Source of the DNA: Lepidodermella squamata | Taxonomy: Eukaryota; Animalia; Gastrotricha | Assembly: GCA_047495785.1 (NCBI GenBank) | Contig: JBLDXI010000032.1 | Coordinates: forward strand, 2,542,001-2,606,000 | Length of the DNA: 64,000 nucleotides | Reading direction: 5' to 3' | Part shown: positions 12,142 through 24,369 of the stretch, piece after piece | How the letters are laid out: every line of letters begins with the position of its first letter | How positions within the stretch are numbered: position 1 is the first letter of the stretch | Program-made: the position numbers and the translations under genes | The notes under the pieces: model-generated | What the model saw: the letters and a program-made list of their open reading frames with translations, nothing else | Told to the model about the DNA's origin: nothing | The model's database searches: none

Positions 12142-12825
12142 ATGTCTAATCCTGATCCTAATTGGGGACCGTTGGTTCCAGGCGAACGGCCTCCATCCTG
12201 GTTTCACAAGGTGGCGCTAAAGATGTTTTCCCTCGTAGATGGACCGGTTACCTATGTCAAAGGTTTTTCTTGGTGATATTCTTCTTCCTATCTTGTACAA
12301 TTGTGTTTGTTATTCAGAAGGAATCATTCAACCTATTCAAAATAAGAACAAGCAAGTTTATTACCATCAGAGGTTTCCCCGAGTTCCTACTATCGATGAA
12401 TGCTACATGGACGATAAAGTATGCATGTTCGAAGCTCATATGCAGTACAAACGAGACCGGTATGATTGAGCTTCACGATATAATTAATATGACATCATTA
12501 CATTACAGGATGGTTGACCAAAACATTTTGACCATTCTTCGCCGTCGGTACGAGGACTGCAGAGCCTGGGAGTCTTTGGAGGGCCAGCTAAAATGTCAAA
12601 AAATGGTCGAAGAATTTCGCGACGCTGAGACCAATTTCTTCATCAAGTGTAGGTTATAAGTGTTTGATGTGGTTATTTCTAAGCTATTTTTTTACAGATG
12701 GCGATTTGCATTGGAACGCGCATGCAGCTGAAGCGTACATGAAGCAGAAACATCGCATGATCTGGGAACGCAGGCATGGCTCTGTTGGCAGCGGACGCAA
12801 GGATAAAATAGTCCCTGAGGCATGA
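12142..12825 (+). CDS. NDUFB10: NADH dehydrogenase 1 beta subcomplex subunit 10 (PDSW), 4 exons
   Basis: Spliced translation: VDGPVTYVKE|GIIQPIQNKNKQVYYHQRFPRVPTIDECYMDDKVCMFEAHMQYKRDR|MVDQNILTILRRRYEDC...FFIKY|GDLHWNAHAAEAYMKQKHRMIWERRHG. Confidence 0.92.
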
Positions 12826-13060
12826 CGCCTCGTGTGAATATTTTGGACTGACTTTATGTTATCATCAGTCCTTGCTTTGTAAGACTGCCACCTTTGTCAG
12901 AAAGATAATAATTACCATCGATAGATTAAATCGTTAATCAATTATATGAGCTGAAAGTTGTTCCCAAAAAATTTGATTAGTCCTCTCTCTTCAAACAATA
13001 AAAGCCAGTGATCGACTGCCTCACATTTTTATTTTTTATTTTATTATATAGATATTAATC

Positions 13061-16000
13061 ATGGACATAGATACAGCTAATGGATATAACCACGTCCAAT
13101 TGACGCTACCTTCAATGGACCCTGTCGAGTCAACTGAGCCGGAAGTAACTGGTACTAATTCTCTTTCGTCTGCAAGCCCCCCTGCTCCCTTAGAGATGGA
13201 CGAAGAAGCTACCTTGTTTTATGGACTAATATATCTTGGTGCAGCGGCTATAAATGCTCCTCGAAGTGTCGTTGAGGTCTGTCTTTCTAATGACTTTCAT
13301 GCGTTTTTTATCTCAATTTCTTGACCGCAGCTTCAAAAGAATATAAGTGTTCTAAACAACGAGATCGACTCGCGCATTTTCGTCATTTTATCCATTCCAA
13401 CGCATTTTACCGGAACGGTACGAATTTACGATCAGGAGGCTCAGTCGGAAATTCGAGCATATACTGTTCAAAACATACTATTTTGCGTTCGAGGACGACC
13501 CGATGGTCCGGACGGTTGTTGCTTTGCGTTTACCGTTTCACACGGCGATACTCCTGAAAGCGTTACATTCCTGTCACATGTTTTCAAAGCAGAAACAATC
13601 GAAGTTGCTAGCAAAGTTCTCTCATGCTTCGGTGCGTGTTTTCAGTCGCGCCAGCAAGCGAACAGCCTTTCCAATCAGAATTCTGATCAATCACTCGTTA
13701 CTTCGGATCAAGTCATCACTTTTGAAATGTATGCCGATATTAAGGAGGAGGACGGAAGGGGCGGATTCGCTTCGGTCCCCAAAGATCGAACAAATGTTGT
13801 TAAATTGCGCAAAGGCCTCGATAAAATGGTCCACGTTACCCTGAAGCAAACCCAGGGCCCTTTGCTGAAAATGGAGAGGTGCTTCGGTGTTCTACTTTGC
13901 GCCGGTTGGCGCCAAAAAGATAGCGATATGAATTTATTGGACATGACATCAATGGGCAATAGCGTTGAGTCGACCGGACAGGGAGCCGGCCAACCAGGTT
14001 ATGTTGTTTCGGCGCTGTGGAATCCTGCTGAGCCGGTTTTTGAACTGCTGAACACCGAAACTCAGGGAATTGATCGGTATTTAACCGTTGCGGTGGACAT
14101 GGTGCTAGCTGGAGTCGCCGAGCCTGTGAGATTTTGCATCGATATGCGAGCTCGTATCTACCCTCAGAACGAGCGCTTCTGGCAATTTACAAAGCGTGCT
14201 ATTACCGAGCGATTTTATTTGAAAGTTGAGCCGGTCGGTGATGCCGGTAAAAATTCACAGGCTCAAAGCGGCGGTAATGCCGCTCCGAAATTTCGAATGG
14301 TCAAGTGCGAGCGGCAGTCTGATATCGACAATGACATGGAAAAGCGATCTCAAGATGAAAACGAAGACTTATCTGACGAAGAGATCGTCCTGAGTGGTAT
14401 GGGTGATGTTAGCAAGGAAGTTAACGACGATGCCCTCATGACTGCGTGGAGAAATATTATGGCGGCGTGGAAAACTGAAAATTACCTTGGCCGGCCTCGT
14501 GGATTGCCGGCTCTTGTTCGTAAACGAGGCGTTCCCGAGGCCCTTCGCGGTGAAGTCTGGCAGCTTCTCGTTGGTGCTCATGATGTCGATGAGTTGCTGG
14601 ACAAATACCGTCGGTTGGTTGTAGAGGTAACATTTTGACCCTTGAATCTGATTTTAATATAATTTATAACTTTCCCAGGAGTGCACTGATTATGATGCAG
14701 CAATTATTCGTGATATGAATCGAACTTTCCCCGCAAATAACTTCTTCCGATCAGCTAGTGATCACAACAATGTGGCATCTTCCTCGACTGCAACAGTAAA
14801 CGCAGATGGAAATCCAACCGAACAACCATCGCCAAGCGGCTCTGCTAAAGCATCGTCCAATGGGTCATCAGGCCAGGAGTCCCTGGTGCGAGTTTGTCGA
14901 GCCTATGCACTGATTGATCGCGAGATCGGTTATTGTCAGGGCATTAGTTTCCTCGCTGCTGCTTTACTGCTCCACATGCCCGAAGAGCAAGCGTTTTGCG
15001 TTCTTCATAAAATGATGAACTCGCTGGGGCTGAGAGAGTTGTATTTGCCAGGTTTCGAAAAGCTTCACACTTCACTGTACCAATTAGATGCGTATATGCG
15101 TCGCCAGTTGCCTGATTTGTCGGACCATTTCCGTCAGTTGGGCATCGAATCACACATGTTTGCTAGCCAGTGGTTTTTGACACTTTTCATCGCTAAATTT
15201 CCACTTCAACTTGTCTTTCACATTTTGGACGTGTTCTTTTTGGACGGATTTTCGTCGCTTTTCGCCGTCGCCATATCTTTGTTGACACTTTGCCGAACCG
15301 AGATGCTGAAGCTGGACTTTGAGGGCGTGTTAAAGTACTTTCGCATTCACATGCCAAAGCGCTTCCGCAACGACGTGGCCTGTACGCAATTGATGGCTCT
15401 AGTTTCGAGCAAACAGCCGTCGGAAAAAATGCTCACAAAATGGGAGACCGAGTACAAGCAGAGCAAAATCGATCAAATGTCGAAAGTCGACCTGACCGAA
15501 ATGCTCAGGAATGAAAATCGTTCGCTAATGGAACGGCTCACGCGGCTTGAGACCGAAAATGACAATTTGGCTCAAGAGCTCATTTCTTCCAAGCTGAATT
15601 TACGCGCCGAGCTTGAGAAATCGAACGAGAGTGGCGAAGCGTTAAAAGCTGAGCTCGATTCTGTTAAAATCCTCCTTAAAGAATCGCTGGAGGATAAATG
15701 GCGCCTTGAAGGGGATTTGTTCAACTTGAAGGACGTTTGCCGTAAAGAAACCGAGCGCCTTGAGAAAGAGTCGACTCGTAACTTTTCGATTATTGCCGAA
15801 TACAAGGAAATCAACGCTCGGCTAACAGATCGGTTGGAGAAAACTCAAGATTTGCGGGAACAAGAATTGAATGACATCAATAGCGCAGTTGCTAATTGCA
15901 CTCAGTGCTCCGAAGCTGTTAAGCAGGTGATTGCTTCAAAAGCAGCCGAAGATGCAACTTCGGAATACCAACTTATCCCGGCTAGTAACGGGCAAAGGTC

Positions 16001-16349
16001 GAGAAGTGCCACTGAAAGTGGAACGACTGGTAACTTTGACGCCGATACGTTGATTCATCAACTTGAGGTCGAGTTAGCCAGCACGAAATTAGCTCTAGTT
16101 GAAGCTCAGTGTGAAATTCAAGAGCTACGCCACGACCAGGCTCGTCAATCAGCTGCGTCAGGTCCTGAAATTTCGCAGCATAGTAATCGTCAGGGTAAAT
16201 TCGGCTTTCTTCAGAAGACCATTAGTTCATTAGTGAAGGACGTTGCCGGTGCTACTGGAGTGACTTCTTCGTCATCGAATAACAACAGCGTTACTTCGAC
16301 GCCGTCCAACTCGATGTCATCGATTTCTCACGCGCCGAAAACGTCATAA
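13061..16349 (+). CDS. RABGAP1: Rab GTPase-activating protein 1-like (PTB/PID + kinesin-associated-like domain + TBC + coiled coil)
   Basis: Exons 13061-13276, 13331-14626, 14679-16349. Motifs LIYLGAAAINAPRS, YLTVAVDMVLAGVAEPVRF, GVPEALRGEVWQLL, RDMNRTFPA, IGYCQGISFLAAALLLHMPEEQAF, MFASQWFLTLF, ELASTKLALVEAQCEIQEL. Confidence 0.93.
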
Positions 16350-17189
16350 TCGGAAACTTCGAACAATTCCAATTTTTTCTTTCCTATAAAATTATTTATT
16401 AATATATCCCGACGATTGATCAAGCGTTATTTTAATTTTTGCGTACTTAAAAATTATATTTCGGTTGTAACATCCCTATGGTTCTCAATCACTATGTTAC
16501 AGAGAGTAAATCAAATGTGACTTAAGCACAAATATTTCTGGTAAATGGAGTCTTCTAGTTTTTCTTCGGAGATTGCCTTACCGAGTGATTCATGAATCGT
16601 TAATGGACCCGATTGTTCTCCATTTTTTGACCATCGTAATCTTCGCGTAATACTTTAATGTTGAATCAGAGCTTCGGCATATGCTATGTAATGAAATTTT
16701 AGCCTCTTTTCAATCGCTTGTGTTTTCGCATGTTTTGCGACACAATCTTGGTGTTGTAAAACTACTTGTGCTTCAATCTATGATTTTTTCTATTTCTATC
16801 TTTCTGATCTGTCGTTAAAGCGTGTAAAATGGTGGTAAATGAGTACACTATATCGGGTTTCTTGTAACGCCTTTTGTATCTCAATCTTTTGAAGCTATCA
16901 GAGAATCGAAGTCAAGAATTCGATTGATATTGCGTCACGTGACATTTCATTGCTATATTTCAACAAATAATAGTTTCTATTTCAAAGTATTAATATTGTT
17001 CAGAACTTTACGCTCGCGCGCGGTTTTTCTTCCTTTCTTCATATTTTGTGCTGCTTCGATCTATCAATACAATTCTAACGACACAAAAGAGTATAACAAC
17101 AAAACGGCAATTCTTTTCTGTTTACCAGCCATTAAAAAGTATGAAAAATTATTTGACTGATTTTCTATTCAATTTTTAGATTTTTAATC

Positions 17190-19197
17190 ATGCAAAACTT
17201 TTCTGGAGCTATATTAATTACTGATTTGGACGACTTCATCAGGCCCTCACAGGAATGTATAAAGCCAGTTGTGGTTGAGAAGAAACCCCCTGGCCGAGGT
17301 CGGGCGCCTCGTAAAATCGAAATTGACCAAGAAAGTGGATCAGTCAGTCAAGTGGAAACTGGATTATCGAGCAATGCTGAAAAATTTCAGTTGAAAAAAG
17401 TTCAAATCACGTTGAGCGATTGCCTAGCTTGTTCTGGCTGTGTTACATCAGCGGAAAGTTTCCTCGTCAATCAGCAATCGGTCGACGAAGTTGTGAATCG
17501 GCTTAAATCTCGCAGCAGTTGTCATACACAACTTTTCGTAGCTTCGATCAGCACTCAAAGCTATGTTTCTTACGCTGCTAGGCTTTCAATACCGCTCGAA
17601 GTTTGCGCTCGTCGTTTAAACGCCGCATTGAGGCGGATTGGATTTGACATAATTTTGGACATTGGAGTCGCTCGATCAATTTCACTGATCGCGTCTTGTC
17701 AGGAATACAGTGATTTTTATAAGAATTCGGGTAGGAAATTGCCGATTTTTGCAAGTTCTTGTCCTGGCTGGATTTGCTATGCAGAGAAAACGGCGGGTGA
17801 TTTTATTTTGCCTCATATAAGCCGAGTTAAAAGCCCTCAGCAAGTTATGGGTGTTTTGGTGAAGAATTTCCTGGCTAAACATCACCGTTTTGCGCCAGAT
17901 GATGTCTATCATCTATCTGTTATGCCTTGTTATGACAAGAAATTGGAGGCTAGTCGACAGGAATTTACGGTCGAGAATTCGGAAACGCGTCACGTTGATA
18001 GCGTTTTGACATCGGGAGAAATCGGACAACTTCTGGAGCAAATGGGCGTTGTGTTCGATGCGAGTTTTACCGACGAGTCGGACTTTGACCTGCCTGTTGT
18101 TGAAGGCAAGCAACATTCACCTTTAATGCATTTCGGAAGCGGCAGCGGAGGATTTGCAGAGCATATTTTACGCTATGCTGCTCGTGAAGCTGGCATTTCC
18201 GAGGATAATCTCTTTGTGAAGCGGAAAAATATTCGGAATGAAGATATGCAAGAGGTATCCGAGCATGATATGCATTTGACCTTATCAGACACTTTCACTG
18301 GAAATTTTAAATTATGTACCACTGAAATGGGATAAAAAACACATTACTAATTTTGAGAAAGGGAAAAGAAGGCAAAACTTTGATTTGAGACCAAACGATC
18401 CCGTGTTGCTACTCAAGCTACTTCCTTCTGTCGGAAGCATTTCACGACTGAGGCTAAATTAAAATGCATAGAAGCAGAATTGAGAGGAAGGAAATAGGAA
18501 GTTCTGAAATTTGTTCACATCTCGCTATTGATTATCGGTCCTACATCAGACTAAGCGAACTCAAATTTTGAATTCTGAAATTCCTAGCCATCAGAAAATG
18601 TTCTTTGCTGTTTTTTGCTGTTGGAATTGGACCTGATTAATGCATTTTAGTGTGTGCAATCTTGACCCGTATTTCTTACACAATTTTCAGCAAAACCCCC
18701 TCCCTAATCAAATTTTAATTGCGTCTTGAAATTTGAGCTCATTTTATTTTTTACTCTCTGCTAATTAACTATTTTTTCTTTCTCAGCTGTCAATTGAAGG
18801 GTTTCCTGTGAAATTTGCGATAGCGAATGGTTTTCGCAATATTCAGAACATTGTTCACAAATTGAAAACTTCCGCATCGACGTTTCCATGGTCTTACATA
18901 GAAATCATGGCATGTCCCACTGGCTGTGTTGGTGGAGGCGGCCAGTTGCCAGTTTCATCGACGCCAGGCGATAGCAGCGGGTCTCAATTCCGAGCGAATC
19001 GAGAAATTGTCAGCAAAATGAAGAAAATATTCTACGAAGACGTTGAGTCCAGCGGTGAGATTAAAAAGCTATGGGCTTGGGAAGAAAACCTAGGAATGGC
19101 CGTGTTTGAATTGCTCAAAAGAGACAATAATTTGGATATTCTTTTCACTGATTATAAAGCTGTTGAAAAGACTGTCACGACTGCCTTAAAATGGTAG
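17190..19197 (+). CDS. CIAO3: Cytosolic Fe-S assembly component 3 (Nar1/NARFL, Fe-only hydrogenase-like)
   Basis: DLDDFIRPSQECIKPV, ITLSDCLACSGCVTSAE, SSCPGWICYAEK, VMPCYDKKLEASR; intron 18255-18786; FAIANGFRNIQN, IEIMACPTGCVGGGGQ, C-terminal Trp. Confidence 0.95.
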
Positions 19198-19284
19198 CTA
19201 TTGATTATTTGTACCAAAAACTGTGATTTCCTTCATAACATTCATTTCAACTTATTTATAGGTTTTTATTTATTTAACGATAAA

Positions 19285-20694
19285 ATGGAAACTATTACCA
19301 TCAACGGCGCAAATTTGTGGCATCAGCTAAAAAATTCGCATAGAAATGATGAAATTTCGCCGACAAGATGGCAAGACTGGTTGGCAGTTTGGGTGGCTAA
19401 AGCGATTGAATTTTGCGGCAGCGAAGCCTCATCTGCGTGGCTCACGTTTCAAGTTGGCGTTGCAGGCTTCGAAAAGGGTGATTTTCCACTCCGCCTTGTC
19501 GACGCGAGTCTGCATGGCGGCGAGGAAGCATTGCTATGTGGGCCATACTGTCAAACCCTGATCGTGAGCCACGTTCTAGTCGGAGCTCTCCTCGCCAGGC
19601 AGAGTGAATTGCAGAGCTACGACTTGGGTCTTGAGGTCTTGCTATGGTGTGCGACCAGTTACTGCAAAAATGACATTCTCTGCCTGTGCCTACGCGAGGT
19701 TACTCAACGAATTTCAATACCATGTGCCATTCTTTCATCGCTTTTAATCCGCGCGATCGAACTCGACGTTCCAGATCTAGTTGCCACTCTACTTTTATAC
19801 GGAGCTAGCGCGAAGGGTTACGCATCCGATAATCCGACTGGGTCCGACTGCATCCCACAGACTTTACCGCCTCTTCTCGTCGCTCTAAATCTTTCATCTC
19901 GATCGACTGGCCTTGTGCCTCTAATTTCTGGCTCGATTAATCTCGAAATTGTCTCATTGCTCCTGAGCTATGGCGCAGATCCTATCGCTGATGTCGGCTC
20001 TGGACTCGTTCCGCTTCATTGCCTTACAATGATTGCGGTTAGAAGCCCTGGTGTGGCGGAATTATTGCTGCAAAAAACGCCGATTTCCGCGTACGATTTT
20101 CTGGCTGATTCGAAATTCGTTCTCCCCAATGCCAGTCCGTTGGCTATGGCCATTTGCGACGCTTGCATGGTTCGGCGATCGCAACGTACCGCTAGGCTGG
20201 TTCGAATGTTCTCTTTCGCGCTCAACCCCCTGCTACGGCTTGGTGCTCCAGCGAAACCGGACTTCGTCGAGGAATCATGGCCGTTTTTCCTCGAAATGGC
20301 TGAATTGAATGCAATTGCCTCTAAATCCCTGACGATTTGGGGTCGAACGAACGTGATTGCTCATTTCGTTATCGAAGCACGCCGCAAGGGTTCTTTGAAT
20401 GTCCAAGCCCTTCTGCAAAGCGCGTCTCAAGCCTCTGTTTCGCCGTACAACAACTCACCCGAAGTTATCGATCAATTTACGACGTTTGTTCGTTCGCAAT
20501 ATCCTCGTTCCCTTCAAGCCATGTGTCGTCTTGCTATTCTACGCCAACTGCCTGTTGGCTCGCAGCGTCTCAACGCGATTAACTCGCTCGGTCTACCGCA
20601 GTGCGTGGGTGACTTTCTAAATTACAAGGAATTCGACGTTCTCCCACGCGCGATGATGACTTTCTTGAGTAGTGCGAAGCGTCGACGTGTTTGA
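19285..20694 (+). CDS. Diverged ankyrin-like/SOCS-box (ASB-like) protein A1 (long type)
   Basis: Ankyrin-like LVATLLLYGA, IVSLLLSYGADP; C-terminal SOCS box YPRSLQAMCRLAILRQLP...INSLGLPQCVGDFLNY. Confidence 0.82.
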   Translation: METITINGANLWHQLKNSHRNDEISPTRWQDWLAVWVAKAIEFCGSEASSAWLTFQVGVAGFEKGDFPLRLVDASLHGGEEALLCGPYCQTLIVSHVLVGALLARQSELQSYDLGLEVLLWCATSYCKNDILCLCLREVTQRISIPCAILSSLLIRAIELDVPDLVATLLLYGASAKGYASDNPTGSDCIPQTLPPLLVALNLSSRSTGLVPLISGSINLEIVSLLLSYGADPIADVGSGLVPLHCLTMIAVRSPGVAELLLQKTPISAYDFLADSKFVLPNASPLAMAICDACMVRRSQRTARLVRMFSFALNPLLRLGAPAKPDFVEESWPFFLEMAELNAIASKSLTIWGRTNVIAHFVIEARRKGSLNVQALLQSASQASVSPYNNSPEVIDQFTTFVRSQYPRSLQAMCRLAILRQLPVGSQRLNAINSLGLPQCVGDFLNYKEFDVLPRAMMTFLSSAKRRRV

Positions 20695-20891
20695 TGGCTA
20701 TTTTCAAATGTGATGACCGATACTTCTAATTATTTGTTGCTGTAAAACGAATATACCTACTCATCCGGTTACTACGCTATTCGCGTGGTGTGGCCACCTC
20801 ACGCGGTTTCAATTGAGTACGCAGCTAAACTGCTATCTATTCTCTCGTCGAGTAGTGATTATCAGTAGATTTGCTATTATTTTTACCTATC

Positions 20892-21759
20892 TTAACCCTC
20901 TAAGTCCGGCGGGTGTATGTGTAAGTCGCTTGGTGTTTTGGAAAGTTGCAAAAAAATGACAAAAATGTGTGTTACTATTGTAACTTTTAAAATTGCTTGT
21001 GTTAACACAAGTCTTAAAATATTTTCAACAATTTTTTTCATTTTGACCAAAAATGCCATTTTTACATGTCGAAACACAAGTGATTCGATAGATTGCCGAA
21101 TTTTTGGCTTGTCGAAACACAAGTGATCCATGAAGGTGATTGACAAAACTTTGATTTATCGATCAGGGTTAGTTGATAAATCAGTGGAACCTTGATAAAC
21201 CGGCTGGTATTACAGTTACTCACCCTAACTACGACCTATTGGCCCATGAAAATCTATATCGAATCGATGGCAATCGAATTTATCGGAATTGGGCCGACAA
21301 AATCACTTGATAACTTCTTTATCAAATGAAAAGTGGCTGTCACAAGGGTGCGTAAGCACCAGATGTTGCTGACAACACATTTATAAGCAGAGCTGCGCAA
21401 CTCAATTTGGGGCCTTAAAAACAGTGATTAAATGGATCGCATGTGTTTCCGCATGTAAATTGGTTTCCAAAACACGTTCGTGTGTTCGAATGGCAATCAG
21501 AGCGACAAAAAAATGCCCCACATCGTGTGTGCACACATAATGGTACATGTGTTTCGACGAGTTTAAGAGGCGAGGGACATTCACCTAATTACTGTGTTGC
21601 GTAATCGCACGTTGTGGACGCGCCCGCCTGGGTGCTGAAAGCTCAGGTAAGGGGCTCAACCGTGGTATAAAAATTGTTAGCCGAAAATTAATAAGCAATC
21701 CACACCTACGCCGAGAAGTTGCAATTGACGAAAACCCATAGTCGGACTTAGAGGGTTAA
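20892..21759. mobile_element. Non-autonomous piggyBac-type element (MITE-like), 860 bp plus TTAA target-site duplications
   Basis: TTAA (20892-20895), perfect 13-bp TIR CCCTCTAAGTCCG (20896-20908) and CGGACTTAGAGGG (21743-21755), TTAA (21756-21759). Internal repeats of TGTCGAAACACA; no transposase ORF. Confidence 0.88.
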
Positions 21760-22287
21760 TAAATTAACCCTCACGCTGATGAAAATTGTTGTGCGTAGCA
21801 TGTGTATTTTAATCAAGAGATCCGCCTAGCAAAATCTCAAAATTGAAATTATTCGGTGAAGTGCACTTGAGTTATGCAATATTTTTTCGTTTCACGTTTG
21901 ATTTTTCGCGATTAATTTTGTATTGACCTGATTTCTGATTGAATGTAACTAGCGGTTTGATGATAATTAATATTATTGGTTCCGCGAAATCTTGATCTCT
22001 CTTGTGCCGGCGGTCTGATATCTGATTGAATTTTAAATGCATTCAAAAATTCATTATTAGGACACATAAATGCTTGTTTTTTCTACCTTCTAAATTCTTT
22101 TCTGAAGAATTTGAAATGAAATTTGATCAAATCATCGTAATGTAATTCATTTTTTAGATTTTAGGCGCGCTTTAATTTTATGAATGAAATGACTCCGTGC
22201 GGCATGCGCAAGCGAGGCGGATGTTTTAAAGCATGAGGTGTCGAGTTTCTTCTTCTCGTTTCCGCGTGGTTGTGGTTATTGATCGCG

Positions 22288-23052
22288 ATGTCTCAACGTC
22301 ACTTGGGCGAGTATTCGCGTTACGAATTCATTCAAGCAATCCGACGTGGCAATCTCTCAGCTGTTCAAGCTCTTTTCAACAAATACGGTCGCCACATTCT
22401 GGAACCTTTGTACCTATCTGATTGCTGTGCTGGCTTTCTTTACCCGATTGTCGAAGCTATTCATGCCCCTTCTAATGCGGGTGAAATAGTTCGATTTCTA
22501 GTCGAAAATGGGGCTGACCTTCAAACTTGTCGATTCGACGAATCTCCGTCCTTATTTCATGGGATATTATGGTTTACGCTACGATTTCCTGAAGGTGCGC
22601 TCAAGTTTGTTCGCTCTTTAACTGCCTCTTCATTTCTTGAAACTGCAATTTTCGACGGAATTTTGAGGGAGCTTTTGCGTATTGGGGACATTCCAAAGTT
22701 GGAAGTCATTTTGAAATTCCTTCTTGTTCCACTTCTTCGCTGTGGTGCTTTTGTAAGTCCTGATTTATTGTACAAATCTCACATTTTTAACCAGCTAGTC
22801 GAGTTAGATCGGGATATCGCAATTTTGACCAAGAAATCTGCCTTGTTAATGCAAATTTTTGTTCAGGCCACATGGGCGCTTGACTCGCCCTATCCGATTG
22901 TCTTCAAGCTTCGCTCACTTCAGAACAATTGCCGCGTTGTGATTTTACGTAATTTGTCCCCGGGTTTTGACTCACGTTTTCGTGCTATAAATTCTTTCAA
23001 TATACCGTTTTGCTTAATTGATTATCTCAATTTTACTGATCTCGATATTTGA
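22288..23052 (+). CDS. ASB-like protein A2 (short; possibly 5'-disrupted)
   Basis: AIRRGNLSAVQAL, IVRFLVENGADL, LVPLLRCGA, SOCS box LRSLQNNCRVVILRNL...INSFNIPFCLIDYLNF. An upstream in-frame ATG at 22180 is separated by TGA at 22234. Confidence 0.72.
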   Translation: MSQRHLGEYSRYEFIQAIRRGNLSAVQALFNKYGRHILEPLYLSDCCAGFLYPIVEAIHAPSNAGEIVRFLVENGADLQTCRFDESPSLFHGILWFTLRFPEGALKFVRSLTASSFLETAIFDGILRELLRIGDIPKLEVILKFLLVPLLRCGAFVSPDLLYKSHIFNQLVELDRDIAILTKKSALLMQIFVQATWALDSPYPIVFKLRSLQNNCRVVILRNLSPGFDSRFRAINSFNIPFCLIDYLNFTDLDI

Positions 23053-23133
23053 CACTATTTATTGTGATAAAAATATCGGCCCATAAAAATTCATGTCAAA
23101 TTTTGCTTTTCATAGATGGTTATTTAGTCATAA

Positions 23134-24165
23134 ATGGCGTCGGATTTAGAGTTGCAGCTAATTTCGGCGTTGGATGACTCGGATGTTGACGCCTTGGCAT
23201 GTCGCCTGCACCTAGCGTCATCTTCCGGCGCTAAGCTGACTCAAGATCTGCTTTCTACCATGCTCACCGAAGCCATTCGACGCAGTGATAACGCATCGGT
23301 TTCGCTTCTAATCGAAGAATTCGGCGCCAAACCTGACCCGTTTCGTCAAGTCGATGGTCGATGGGTTTACCCACTCCGTGAAGCGATTATTGCCATGGAA
23401 AATGCGTCGTCCTTCGTTGGTGGTAGACCGCGGTCGAGTCACCCGAAAGCAGTTAAAATTGTTCGATTTCTCCTCGGCTTCAAATCAGCCACCTTAATTC
23501 GCCGAGATGATGACGCTAACAAGCTAACCCAGCTTGACTGTTTATTCGCGCTTGCCGCAAACCACCCTGAACTTTGCCATACAATTTTGCCAAATGTCCC
23601 ATCTTCGAGTATCAATTGCTTTCAAAGTGAAGTTTCACCGCTCAGGTCGGTATTTGGTAGATTTCAGTTATACGGCGGGGCCGAAATCCAGATTCCATTT
23701 GTTCGCAGAATTTTCACTAGTGTGATAATTCCGTTTCTAAAAGCCGGGGCTCGCTTGAAGCCTGATGTGTTTTATCCTCGAAACTCTGAATTTGATGAAT
23801 TTGCTCATTACGCGTTTTTGGAAGAGCTTGTTCGCCTCGATTTGTCAAGCAGTTGTGCAATATGGTTCAGGCCTAATGTTGTTACATCGATTTTGCTGGA
23901 GGCACGTGGGCGGTCTGATATTCCGATGATAGATTTGCAAAGGGTCTTTCTCAAAACTGATTACATCAACCGACAGTGTTCCAATAATTTCGCCTCTTTC
24001 CTGCGCCAGCAATTTCCGCGCTCGCTTCAATGCCTCGCCCGTAGTGCCATTCTTCGATACATGCCGCTAGGTTTGGACAAGCGAAGCCGGGCTATCAACG
24101 AACTTTCGCTGCCTCAACGTCTTTCTTCATTTCTTTTGTTCGAAGAATTCGATATCGCAGAGTGA
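23134..24165 (+). CDS. ASB-like protein A3
   Basis: AIRRSDNASVSLLIEEFGAKP, IIPFLKAGA, WFRPNV, SOCS box FPRSLQCLARSAILRYMP...INELSLPQRLSSFLLF. Confidence 0.82.
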   Translation: MASDLELQLISALDDSDVDALACRLHLASSSGAKLTQDLLSTMLTEAIRRSDNASVSLLIEEFGAKPDPFRQVDGRWVYPLREAIIAMENASSFVGGRPRSSHPKAVKIVRFLLGFKSATLIRRDDDANKLTQLDCLFALAANHPELCHTILPNVPSSSINCFQSEVSPLRSVFGRFQLYGGAEIQIPFVRRIFTSVIIPFLKAGARLKPDVFYPRNSEFDEFAHYAFLEELVRLDLSSSCAIWFRPNVVTSILLEARGRSDIPMIDLQRVFLKTDYINRQCSNNFASFLRQQFPRSLQCLARSAILRYMPLGLDKRSRAINELSLPQRLSSFLLFEEFDIAE

Positions 24166-24369
24166 CTACCTAAGCTTTATAATATAAATTGAATCACAAC
24201 ACCTGGAATAATATTATTGTATAATTCTGCGCACGTTTTATCGGGTTTTTGTTCTGACTTGTTTTTCTGAAGAAAAGTGGTTTTGGATATGTTTAATAAT
24301 TCCTTTGTAATTTCTATTTTAGGGAGGTTTTAGTTGAAAAAGTATATTTTTATTTTAAATTATTTATTA

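Noticed and set aside
18255-18786. Unusually long (532 nt) CIAO3 intron as a transposon or ncRNA host
   Set aside because: No terminal repeats, target-site duplication or RNA motif identified by eye.
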